A stretch of 64,000 nt of DNA from Macrostomum lignano (taxonomy: Eukaryota). Where the stretch lies: assembly GCA_002269645.1 (NCBI GenBank), contig NIVC01001510.1, positions 212,431 to 276,430 of the forward strand, read 5' to 3'. This document shows positions 13,048 to 23,691 of the stretch, in pieces; the first letter of the stretch is position 1, and every line of letters begins with the position of its first letter. Below the pieces are notes generated by a model. The model ran no database searches. It had not been told where the DNA came from and saw only the letters and a program-made list of their open reading frames with translations. The translations under genes were made by a program, and so were the position numbers.

Positions 13048-13949
13048 AGTTCAGGTATAGAAAATACCCCGGACTGATATGACACACTGCAGTTCAGGTA
13101 TAGAAAATACCCCGGACTGATATGACACACTGCAGTTCAGGTATGGAAAATACCCCGGACTGATATGACAAACTGCAGTTCAGGTATGGAAAATACCCCG
13201 GACTGATATGACACACTGCAGTTCAGGTATGGAAAATACCCCGGACTGATATGAGAAACTGCAGTTCAAGTATAGAAAATCCCTAGACTGATATGAGAAA
13301 CTGCAGTAGAGACACAGAGAATACCCCCCATTTGATATGAGAAACTGCAGTTCAGACACAGAGAATACCCCCCATTTGATATGACAAACTGCAGTAGAGA
13401 CACAGAGAATACCCCCCATTTGATATGAGAAACTGCAGTTCAGACACAGAGAATACCCCCCCATTTGATATGAGAAACTGCAGTTCAGACACAGAGAATA
13501 CCCCCCCCATTTGATATGAGAAACTGCAGTTCAGACACAGAGAATACCCCCCCATTTGATATGAGAAACTGCAGTTCAGACACAGAGAATACCCCCCATT
13601 TGATATGAGAAACTGCAGTTCAGACACAGAGAATACCCCCCATTTAATATGAGAAACTGCAGTAGAGACACAGAGAATACCCCCCATTTGATATGAGAAA
13701 CTGCAGTTCAGACACAGAGAATACCCCCCATTTAATATGAGAAACTGCAGTAGAGACACAGAGAATACCCCCATTTAATATGAGAAACTGCAGTAGAGAC
13801 ACAGAGAATACCCCCCATTTAATATGAGAAACTGCAGTAGAGACACAGAGAATACCCCCCATTTGATATGACAAACTGCAGTTCAGACACAGAGAATAAC
13901 CCCCATTTAATATGACAAACTGCAGTAGAGACACAGAGAATTACCCCCT
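13048..13949. repeat. 43-46-bp minisatellite in GCSH intron 3, two related unit types
   Basis: GTTCAGGTATAGAAAATACCCCGGACTGATATGACACACTGCA (period 43) changes into CTGCAGTTCAGACACAGAGAATACCCCCCATTTGATATGAGAAA. Confidence 0.95.
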
Positions 13950-14374
13950 CCAGACAGATCTAGATTTCCCAAAAAAACTGCACAAAACTACTCAAAATCA
14001 GCAGATTAGCACGCTGGAATCCAAGAGAACGAATACACTTTATGATTCGGAATTTCGGGCACGCACTGTGGGGCGGAATTTTCTGCAAGCGGTCAAAAAT
14101 AGTTAACGAGCCTCCCCCCCCAGGTGTTCCGTTGGGACGGAAATTTACTAAACAGACTTGCACCGGCACGTGAAGAAATGGCGCGAATCTCTGTGTACAA
14201 GACTGTACAATAGTGACGCCCAATTCAGATAACTATGTCTGCATAACTGATAAGGAAAATGTGCGTCAGACAAGAGCTTAGACGCACGCTGTTGCGACCT
14301 GGAAAACTAGCGGCCAGTATTATATTATATAGGGTCAGCCGATACCCACACTGTTTAAATCAGTGAAAACTGAC

Positions 14375-14506
14375 CTTTTTCTAGGGGCGACTTGTTGATG
14401 AGGGCGAAGTCAGTTTCTAGCGATTTGTTAACATCGGTAACGGTGCCAGACACAGGGGAGTAGACTTCGCTGGCCGCTTTCACTGACTCCACTGCTGCTA
14501 CGTCCT
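14375..14506 (-). CDS. GCSH: Glycine cleavage system H protein, exon 3
   Basis: (E)DVAAVESVKAASEVYSPVSGTVTDVNKSLETDFALINKSPLEK(G) contains the lipoyl-lysine motif ESVKA. TTTCAG acceptor and GTCAG donor, phase 1/1. Confidence 0.95.
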
Positions 14507-14564
14507 CTGAAATGGGCGGGAGACGCGAGCTGGATTGAGCTGCAATTGTCTGCGATATAATCAG

Positions 14565-14710
14565 AAGATCAGGGAGAGACAGGGATGAAAGGGGAAGAGA
14601 TGGGGATGAAATGGGGAAACAGGGGTGAAAATACAGACAGGGATGAAAGGGGAAGAGACAGGGATGAAAGGGAAAGAGACAGGGATGAAAGGAAAGAAGA
14701 GACAGGGACA
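14565..14710. repeat. About 20-bp purine-rich tandem repeat (ACAGGGATGAAAGGGGAAGAG) filling GCSH intron 2
   Basis: About 7 degenerate copies within the 227-bp intron. Confidence 0.85.
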
Positions 14711-14733
14711 AAAGAAAAATGCAGAAATCTCAC

Positions 14734-14880
14734 CATTTAACTCAATAATGCGATCCACTTCTGGCAGCTGCACATAGACTACGTCGCCGAGCTTCTCCTG
14801 AGCATAGTTGGAGATGCCAACCCGAGCCAGAGAGTCGGACTCCATGATTACATACTCGTGCTTCTTACTGTAGTAAACAT
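14734..14880 (-). CDS. GCSH: Glycine cleavage system H protein, exon 2
   Basis: (D)VYYSKKHEYVIMESDSLARVGISNYAQEKLGDVVYVQLPEVDRIIELN. TTTTAG acceptor and GTGAG donor. Confidence 0.95.
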
Positions 14881-17284
14881 CTAAAATTTCAAAATGAGGT
14901 ACATTATTAATAGCAATTAAATTAATATCATAAATAAATGCAGTTTTTTAAATGATTTTTGACAAACTTGTTTTAATAATCTAAACAGTGGTACAACTTG
15001 GGTAGGAAAGTGGCTGCCACTCTTTTGAAGGAGATTTTGAAGGCAAAATGCACCCATATTTAATTATAATATATTTAGCATCATTATAAAAGTGCACATA
15101 ATATGTAACATAAGCATATCATGCTATATATTATCTTAAATTCTACTAAGGATTTCTAGAAATCAAATTCATGCAAAATTGCAAGCTTTTGGAGTTCTGT
15201 CATAGCTATAAATATAACTAGGCCTATAGGAAGTTATTGATAGGGGGTTTTAGACAAAACATTGGATATGGTTATAGGAACATTTCCCATATCTATTAAT
15301 ACTGGCCACCTAATAATTGAGACTTGGCTTATAAACAAATGTTTATTTACTTTCCTCTGGATATAACTATTTTATTTTGCACTCAATCTCTAATACTAAA
15401 ACATGATTAGAGCCTTTGATTTTATGAGTGGGAAGGCAAAAATGAATGAATGTTGTCTGTTTCAAAGCTTATATAAGAGAGCTTTTTAGTCCTTGGGGTT
15501 AAGGACTTAAGCAAAAGATTTTCCATGCTGTATGCAATTCATATGCTACAAATGCAATGGACAGGTCTAGATTAGCTAGCAATTTCTATTTCCAATGTTT
15601 CTATCTAAGACTTGGGAAATACTTAGGATAAATATAAATACTTGGGAAATATAACAAAGCTTATCAAATATTATTTATCATTACCCTGATTTTGATTCAT
15701 TAATTTTACAAACACTTTTCAAATAATTAATTTTTTACCTAAGTTCTATATCTTAAATAATATACACTCTGCTATTTCTTTAATGTATAGGCCCTAATTT
15801 TTATATTTCTTTAATATACACATAGTATTTTTTCTATTTCTTTAATTTCATTCCTGCCACCAAGTTATAATAGAAATAATTGGTCCCTATGATTAAACCA
15901 TAATTAGCAGTTACTAAGTTGTATTAATGTTCTTATATACCATAGTTGGGAAGGTGGCACAGTGTGCACTGGAACTATTTTGATGGCTTTTGAGCACTGT
16001 GCGCCGTGTGCCATGAAGAAAATATTTTGTGCGCCGCAGCGCGCCATGATAAGGTAAGGTAAGGTAATTAATAATTCACTGGTAAACAAATTTGAATTTA
16101 TGGTAGACAAATTTGAATTTCATTTACGTATTTTATATTGTGATTTATGTAATTTTAGTACTCTGATAGTATAACATTTTATTTTACGAATTATAGAATT
16201 AGTAACAAACTAACAAACTATCAGTAAACTGCTTTATTTTAAGCTTTCTTTGCTTTATTTTATTAAATATGAATTATGAAATTTGTTATTCTGCATAGAT
16301 TCTCTTCACATGAAGAAGAATGTTAAATTTGTCCAGGGCACTTCCTAATTCATATTTAATAAAATAAAGCAAAAAAGCTTAAAATAAAGCAGTTTATTGG
16401 TAGTTTGTGAGGAATAAACAAATTTAATGCTTGTTCCTACGATTTGTATGACAGAAACTAAAGTGTCTGTAGAAGTGTCTGAATAAGTGTCGGCGAATGT
16501 TTCATATGTTAGTATAACATTTTATTTTACGAATTATGGAATTAGGCCTGATACTATATATTTTGCAAAGTATAACAAAGTGTAACTATATATTTTTTCA
16601 GTGCCATGCGCCATGTGCACCGCCAGAGCATTTCCAATTTTTCCTTGTACCCCGTGTGCGTCGTGTGTGCCAAAAAAGGGCCAATTTGTGCCGGAATTGC
16701 CACTTTCCCAGCTATGGCTTATATATACAATGAGCCAGCAGTAAGGGGGGACCAAGCAAATTTTTGCCAAAAACAGAGCCACCCCTCCACCCCCCTCCCA
16801 GAACTTTACCCTCCAGAATCTGCCCTCCCCTCAAAAAATTTCTGGTTGTGCTACTGTGAGCCACTTGATTAGCTACTAAGTGCTTTACTATAGTCAACAA
16901 TATCCTTGCCATACATGCCCAACCCCAGCCAATTGGCCAATAAGTGGCAAGAGGTCTAGCCAAGGTAAACTTTAAAAATGCAAACTTAAAAAATACAGAT
17001 GCAGTACTAATTAGATGATGGGGCATTTTGCCTTAGTAGTTTAGTCATAGTTACTCCTGCTATTTACCCAAAATTATATAAATTATATAATCCCTTTTAT
17101 ACATCTAGGCCTAGATCAGGAAGGACAGGCAGGTGGAGGTTGGCCGGTTGGGATAGCTATCTCATTGACAAAAAATAGCTCACTTTAAAAGTGCACAGCA
17201 CTGAAAAGTCAATGCAACATCTAGCTGAAAAGCACCAGACTATAAGTTATTATAAGTGTCAAAGATCAAATAATTAATTTTCAC

Positions 17285-17423
17285 CTTGGTTTTTATTCGC
17301 TTGTTGAGAAAAAGAACAGACTCGAAAATTGCCATGATAGATATTTGAGAGTTTAATGCTCTTTCCAACTGAAAGCAGGCGTGATGCTTGACCGCGAGTG
17401 ACAATCGAAAGAAGAGAGTTCAT
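17285..17423 (-). CDS. GCSH: Glycine cleavage system H protein, exon 1 (mitochondrial transit peptide)
   Basis: MNSLLSIVTRGQASRLLSVGKSIKLSNIYHGNFRVCSFSQQANKNQ is S/R/K/L-rich with no acidic residues. Ends phase 1 at G|GTGAAA, matching exon 2. Total CDS 534 nt = 177 aa plus stop. Confidence 0.8.
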
Positions 17424-18557
17424 TTGACACTGATTTACAATAAAATATTAATCTTTAACACTAAAAGTCGCTTTTAAAAGGTCTTGACACAGCTTTAAAC
17501 TTGTTTTCTATCTATAAACTAATACACACTCGCTAGGTCACTATTCTATAGACTCGATCAAGTTCTAGGTAGAGCTCTCTATATATTAAGCGGACTGAAA
17601 AATTAAAAAGTTTTAAAATCGCGCCGAGTAAGATAGCAACATTATAAAAAATCGATCGTGTTTTATTGATATAGAACTTTTTTTCAAGATGATTTAGGAT
17701 AAAAAATTATTTAAGAGCATTAATAAATAGTATCAATGGGTCCTAACTAAAGCATTGCAACTTAAACATCTAAGCACTGTGATCGAACAAGTCAGATATC
17801 TGAGGGTTGGATTTGCCACAACTTTAAGCAGCTTGTTTTTCTGGGCAGCTTGAAAACTCTTTTTGAGAAAATCTGAGAACACGCTATCATACTTTTGTCA
17901 TCGACATGAACAGTTAAATACAAAAGGAGGGACTACTCTACTCTCTCTCAAAAACTCGACTAAACGTGGCCCCTTGCAAGCTTTCGTTGGAACTCGCTTT
18001 GTCTCTCACACTGCAACAATGTTTTCTTAAAACATAGCCATGGCCTATGTATACATCTGTGCTTTGAAATACATATTTTGCCATAAACAACTATATTGGC
18101 TTGTTTGGTTTCCATTTCCACCAACAAATACCAAGTATACCAATTATTTTTTATTCTCGGAACTTTTTTAAATCGTCAAAACAAATGTATTAAGCAGAAA
18201 ATAAATTATACGTAGGTTTATCACTGATATTGTACTCAGAAAAGAGTTTTAAATAACTTTTTGAGTAGTAAAAATATTTCTACTAGAGATAGGAATAGAG
18301 ATAGAGTCATCCTTTACCCACAGTTTTCAACTTTCTACATTTTTTCTTGAATTGAAAATTTATATAACGCAGTCGAAGGCGGTTTTGCAGCATTTAATTT
18401 ATAGTTCATGTTAAAAAATTACTGAATTTTCCATGTTTTGACTACAATCTCTTTATCCGCTAATCAAAAAATTATTTTATAAATCAATTTAAATAAATAC
18501 TGTTTGACATATATCAAGAATTTAAAACAATATTTCGCAAGTACTACGCGTATTGAG
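17424..18557. promoter_or_regulatory. Putative bidirectional promoter between GCSH and synaptogyrin
   Basis: Divergent start codons 1,134 bp apart in AT-rich, satellite-free DNA. Inferred from geometry only. Confidence 0.5.
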
Positions 18558-18671
18558 ATGTCATCCCAGCAAAATGTTTATGGTGCAGGACCTACTGTTG
18601 GTCTTAATTATACGTTTGACCCAGTCCTATTTCTAAAGCAACCGACAACTATTGTTAGAATAATTTCTTGG
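18558..18671 (+). CDS. SYNGR: Synaptogyrin, exon 1
   Basis: MSSQQNVYGAGPTVGLNYTFDPVLFLKQPTTIVRIISW has the YGAG...FDP..FLKQP synaptogyrin signature. GTAAGT donor, phase 0. Confidence 0.92.
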
Positions 18672-19056
18672 GTAAGTTTTTTTAACCAATATATCTACCG
18701 ATTTGTGTATAATATTGTGGTTTCAAAATATATTGTACTGAAAAAAACGTACAGATTTAGGCTTATTATTTCATTTTGCATTAGCTGAAAGATTAACATT
18801 TTACACAGTGAACCAATGTCATTAAAAAATTGAAATGTGAAGCAGCGAAACTAAAATACTTGTAGTTGTATTTTTCGTTATACATGACACAAGTAAACTT
18901 TAATGCTTTATTGTATTGTAAAATTGTCAAATTGACCCGTTGACAGAAATTATTAGCTGTACAAAACAAATTGTTTAATTTAATTGTGTAGTTTAACTTG
19001 TGTTTAATTTAGTGTCTGAATTGATTAATATATTTTCCTTATTTTTATCCTTTCAG

Positions 19057-19276
19057 ATATTCTCAATAATTGTGTTTGGCTGCATCAGTAGCGGCTGCTA
19101 CGTTGAGAGCATCTGCATCTTTAATTTTGACGCAAACGCCTGCGCCTACGGCCTAATCGTTGGTGTTGTCGCATTTTTGGCTAGCATGGGCTTCCTCGTT
19201 ATGGACGCCCTGTTTCCAAGGCTGTCCTCGGCGCAGATCAGGAAGTATGTTGTCCTGGCGGATGCAATATTTTCTG
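19057..19276 (+). CDS. SYNGR: Synaptogyrin, exon 2 (MARVEL TM1-TM2)
   Basis: IFSIIVFGCISSGCYVESICIFNFDANACAYGLIVGVVAFLASMGFLVMDALFPRLSSAQIRKYVVLADAIFS. TTTCAG acceptor and GTAAG donor. Confidence 0.93.
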
Positions 19277-19560
19277 GTAAGCGCGATCACTTAGAATTGT
19301 AGCTCGTAGGGAGTTACCGTCATTTGGCTGCCCCATTCACACAATTTTCTGCATTGCAGAATATTTCCGCAATAATTTGTTAACAAAGAAACGTATATAT
19401 ATATTTCCAAAATTCCCATCTTCAATGTCCGAAAACTTACTTCGTTTCAATCGTGTCAAACTTAGAACCAAATTTAACCAAAACTTGCCGGATATCGGGT
19501 GCTGTAACCTTGCCTTTACACCGGTCTGTTATATAATTATCTGTCGATTCTCCTGTGCAG

Positions 19561-19790
19561 CCGTGTGGGCATTCTTCTACTTTGTGGCCTTCTGCTACCT
19601 GACCAATCGGCTGGCGTCCCTGCCCGACAGCTTCGCGGCTTTGCTCAGCATTCAGCAGTGGCAGTTCAACAACGCTCGGGCCAGCGTTGCTTTCTGCTTT
19701 CTCTCAATTGTCTCATTCGGCCTGCTGGTCTTCTTTGCCGTGCAAAAATACCGCCAGGGCCAGCAGGAGGCGTTTCCTGCCGCTGCTCAG
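19561..19790 (+). CDS. SYNGR: Synaptogyrin, exon 3 (TM3-TM4)
   Basis: (A)VWAFFYFVAFCYLTNR...NARASVAFCFLSIVSFGLLVFFAVQKYRQG... GTGCAG acceptor and GTGAG donor. Confidence 0.93.
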
Positions 19791-19962
19791 GTGAGGTCCC
19801 ACTATACTTACTATAGTAATGCGGATGCATGGCATTTGTTACAACTTTCAACTTCGTAATGACTCAATGGAAGATTGAAAAACACGCGAAAACCATAATC
19901 TTGTCTCGAGTTTCTTTTGTCAAAAACCCTCAAAATATTCACATGCCTCAAATCCCGAAGCC

Positions 19963-21557
19963 TTACAATCCCCAAACCTCATAATTCCCAAGCTCAACAA
20001 TTCCAAGATTTTACAATTTCCAAACTTAACACTGAACGAAACTTAACAATCCCCAAACTTAGTAAAGCTTAGTGAAGTTTGAGAATTGTGAAGTTTGGGG
20101 ATTGTGAAGTCTGGGGATTCTGAAGTTTAAGGTTTGTGAAGTTTGCATTGGGCTTGTGAAGTTTGGGGATCGTGAAGTTTCGGGACAGTGAAGTATGTGG
20201 ATTGTGAAGTTTGGGGATTTTGAAGTTTGGGGGTTTGTGAAGTTTGGGGATTTTGAATTTTGGGGATTTTGAAGTTTGGGGATTTTAAAGTTTGGGGATT
20301 GTGAAGTTTGGGGATTGTGAAGTTTAGGGATTGTGAAGTTTGGGGATTGTGAAGTTTGGGGATTGTGAAATTTGAGAATTGTGAAGTTTGGGGATTGTGA
20401 AGTTTGGGGATTGTGAAGTTTGGGGATTGTGAAGTTTGGGGATTGTGAAGTTTGGGGATTGTGAAGTTTGGGGATTGTGAAGTTTGGGGATTGTGAAGTT
20501 TGGGGATTGTGAAGTTTGGGAATTGTGAAATTTGGGAATTGTGAAGTTTGGGGATTGTGAAGTTTGGGGATTGTGAAGTTTGGGGATTGTGAAGTTTGGG
20601 GATTGTGAAGTTTGGGAATTGTGAAGTTTGGGGATTGTGAAGTCTGGGGATTCTGAAGTTTAAGGTTTGTGAAGTTTGCATTGGGCTTGTGAAGTTTGGG
20701 GATCGTGAAGTTTCGGGACAGTGAAGTATGTGGATTGTGAAGTTTGGGGATTTTGAAGTTTGGGGGTTTGTGAAGTTTGGGGATTTTGAATTTTGGGGAT
20801 TTTGAAGTTTGGGGATTTTAAAGTTTGGGGATTGTGAAGTTTGGGGATTGTGAAGTTTAGGGATTGTGAAGTTTGGGGATTGTGAAGTTTGGGGATTGTG
20901 AAATTTGAGAATTGTGAAGTTTGGGGATTGTGAAGTTTGGGGATTGTTAAGTTTGGGGATTGTGAAGTTTGGGGATTGTGAAGGTTGGGGATTGTGAAGT
21001 TTAAGGTTTGTGAAGTTTGCATTGGGCTTGTGAAGTTTGGGGATCGTGAAGTTTCGGGACAGTGAAGTATGTGGATTGTGAAGTTTGGGGATTTTGAAGT
21101 TTGGGGGTTTGTGAAGTTTGGGGATTTTGAATTTTGGGGATTTTGAAGTTTGGGGATTTTAAAGTTTGGGGATTGTGAAGTTTGGGGATTGTGAAGTTTA
21201 GGGATTGTGAAGTTTGGGGATTGTGAAGTTTGGGGATTGTGAAATTTGAGAATTGTGAAGTTTGGGGATTGTGAAGTTTGGGGATTGTGAAGTTTGGGGA
21301 TTGTGAAGTTTGGGGATTGTGAAGTTTGGGGATTGTGAAGTTTGGGGATTGTGAAGGCTGGGGATTGTGAAGTTTGGGGATTGTGAAGTTTGGGAATTGT
21401 GAAATTTGGGAATTGTGAAGTTTGGGGATTGTGAAGTTTGGGGATTGTGAAGTTTGGGGATTGTGAAGTTTGGGGATTGTGAAGTTTGGGAATTGTGAAG
21501 TTTGGGGATTGTGAAGTTTGGGGATTGTGAAGTTTGGGGATTGTGAAATTTGTGAAG
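19963..21557. repeat. 16-bp satellite (CACAATCCCCAAACTT / TTGTGAAGTTTGGGGA) in synaptogyrin intron 3, with an orientation switch near 20063
   Basis: Degenerate forward units 19963-20060, then reverse units to 21557. A diagnostic variant block recurs at 20126, 20659 and 21000. Confidence 0.95.
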
Positions 21558-21679
21558 TATTAACAAATAAGATTAATTAATTAACTCAAAACATACAATA
21601 AATATTCTATCGTATTGCAACAGCCTATAAATTCTGGCAATTCCGCTCAGTTTCAATTCCCAAATCCTCCATGCCGCAG

Positions 21680-21805
21680 GTCGAGTCGGAAGTGGCATCT
21701 CAGCAGCCACCGACCAGGCCGGATTCAAACTACCAGCAGCCGCCGTTCAGCTTCGGTGGCGCCGCTGCCGACATCGACGATCAGCACAGGCAACCGACCT
21801 ACTGA
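21680..21805 (+). CDS. SYNGR: Synaptogyrin, exon 4 (cytoplasmic tail)
   Basis: VESEVASQQPPTRPDSNYQQPPFSFGGAAADIDDQHRQPTY*, a YQxPPF tail ending in Y. AATAAA at 21835. Total CDS 690 nt = 229 aa plus stop. This frame is not in the ORF track. Confidence 0.88.
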   Translation, partial: VESEVASQQPPTRPDSNYQQPPFSFGGAAADIDDQHRQPTY

Positions 21806-22303
21806 CAGTAGCTAGTTAAGATTTGTTTTTATTCAATAAATCTTACCAACTTTTTGCGTCTTATTTCATTCAACAGCTAACCGCATTACAAAATAGTTTC
21901 ACTAACTTAAAACACAGAAGCTTGTTAATCCAGCTTTAAAGGATTTAAATTTAAATTTTGAGAATTTTATTTAATTTTTTTTTCTCCCGAGTGGCCCTTG
22001 GTCCTGTGTGGTATCACTAATGAAAGATATTGAGATTGTGACCCCACCTCTTCTTCGAGATTAACTGACCAATGTACCTACTAATCTCTACTGTTGCTCA
22101 TATTATAGCGTAAGTAAATATCCAGCTGACTTGTAATGTGTTTTAGTTTTTCTTATATCCCTCCGATACTTGTTTGTCATTGATTTAAAGTATAAATCTT
22201 ATCTACATCCGCTAGCTCTTTTGAGAAATTTTACCGCGCAGAATGAATGTACGAGTATCGTAAATGAATTATTGAACTTTAAAAACTTTTTGTCATTTTG
22301 ACT

Positions 22304-23101
22304 TCCAAGGATTGTATATGACCAAATAGCGACCTCTAAGGATTGTCTATGACCCAATACGATCTCCAAGGATTGTCTATGACCCAATACAATCTCCAAG
22401 GATTGTCTATGACCCAATACGATCTCCAAGGATTGTCTATGACCCAATACGATCTCCAATGATTTTCTATGACCCAATACGATCTCCAAGGATTGTCTAT
22501 GACCCAATACGATCTCCAAGGATTGTCTATGACCAAATAGCGACCTCTAAGGATTGTCTATGACCCGATACGATCTCCAAGGATTGTCTATGACCCAATA
22601 CAATCTCCAAGGATTGTCTATGGCCCAATACGATCTCCAAGGATTGTCTATGACCCAACACGATCTCCAAGGATTGTCTATGACCCAATACGATCTCCAA
22701 TGATTTTCTATGACCCAATACGATCTCCAAGGATTGTCTATGACCCAATACGATCTCCAATGATTTTCTATGACCCAATACGATCTCCAAGGATTGTCTA
22801 TGACCCAATAACGATCTCCAAGGATTGTCTATGACCCAATACGATCTCCAATGATTTTCTATGACCCAATACGATCTCCAAGGATTATACATGACCCAAT
22901 ACGATCTCCAAGGATTGTCTATGACCCAATACGATCTCCAAGGATTGTCTATGAACCAATACGATCTCCAAGGATTGTATAAGACCCAATACGATCTCCA
23001 CGGATTGTATATGACTCAATAACCATCTCCACGGATTGTATATGACCCAATAACGATCTCCAATGATTGTCTATGACCCAATAGTGACCTCTAAGGATTG
23101 T
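22304..23101. repeat. 30-bp minisatellite (GATTGTCTATGACCCAATACGATCTCCAAG)
   Basis: Period 30 at 22341/22371. Confidence 0.96.
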
Positions 23102-23384
23102 ACGAGCATACGACTCAAAAATGGCTTCCAATGATACCGTAGGATTGCTGTAACTTGGTAAGACATTTGACTATATTACCAAGACTTACAAACTACTCTT
23201 TATAGATCTGAAGAAAATAAACATGATGGAACCATAAATGTAAGCCAAAGATGCGGATACCTAAAAATGAATACTATATAAATATAACTGAAGCAAAATT
23301 TCCTGTAAAGTGTGAGTACAGCCTGAAATTTAAGTGCACAGTGTCTTTTTACGTCAAACCCAAGGGGGAGACTCTGGCACAGAA

Positions 23385-23639
23385 TCAAGGTCCCACCAGC
23401 CTGTGTGCCAGTTCGGCATAGTCCAGCAAGCCCCTATCATCAACCAGGTGCTCCAGCATTCGATTAACATCGGCTTCGTCGATTGGCTCGCCAAGGCTGG
23501 TCAGCCAGTGCCGGAGATCACCGGCGTTAATACGCCCGGTTGACTGCTTGTCGAAGACGGCCAGAGCTGCCCGCAGCCGCTTGAAGTCGCTGTCAGCGCT
23601 GGCCTCGCCGTCTTCCCCGCTGCCAAGTTCAAGACGAGC
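23385..23639 (-). CDS. Calmodulin/myosin-light-chain-like EF-hand protein, last exon (C-lobe)
   Basis: ARLELGSGEDGEASADSDFKRLRAALAVFDKQSTGRINAGDLRHWLTSLGEPIDEADVNRMLEHLVDDRGLLDYAELAHRLVGP*. FDKxxTGxI...LxxLGE pattern. CCACAG acceptor, phase 0. Confidence 0.88.
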   Translation of the reverse strand, partial: ARLELGSGEDGEASADSDFKRLRAALAVFDKQSTGRINAGDLRHWLTSLGEPIDEADVNRMLEHLVDDRGLLDYAELAHRLVGP

Positions 23640-23691
23640 CTGTGGCGACGAGCGAATAGGAGGTGAAATTGACTTGGACCTGACTCTGCAT

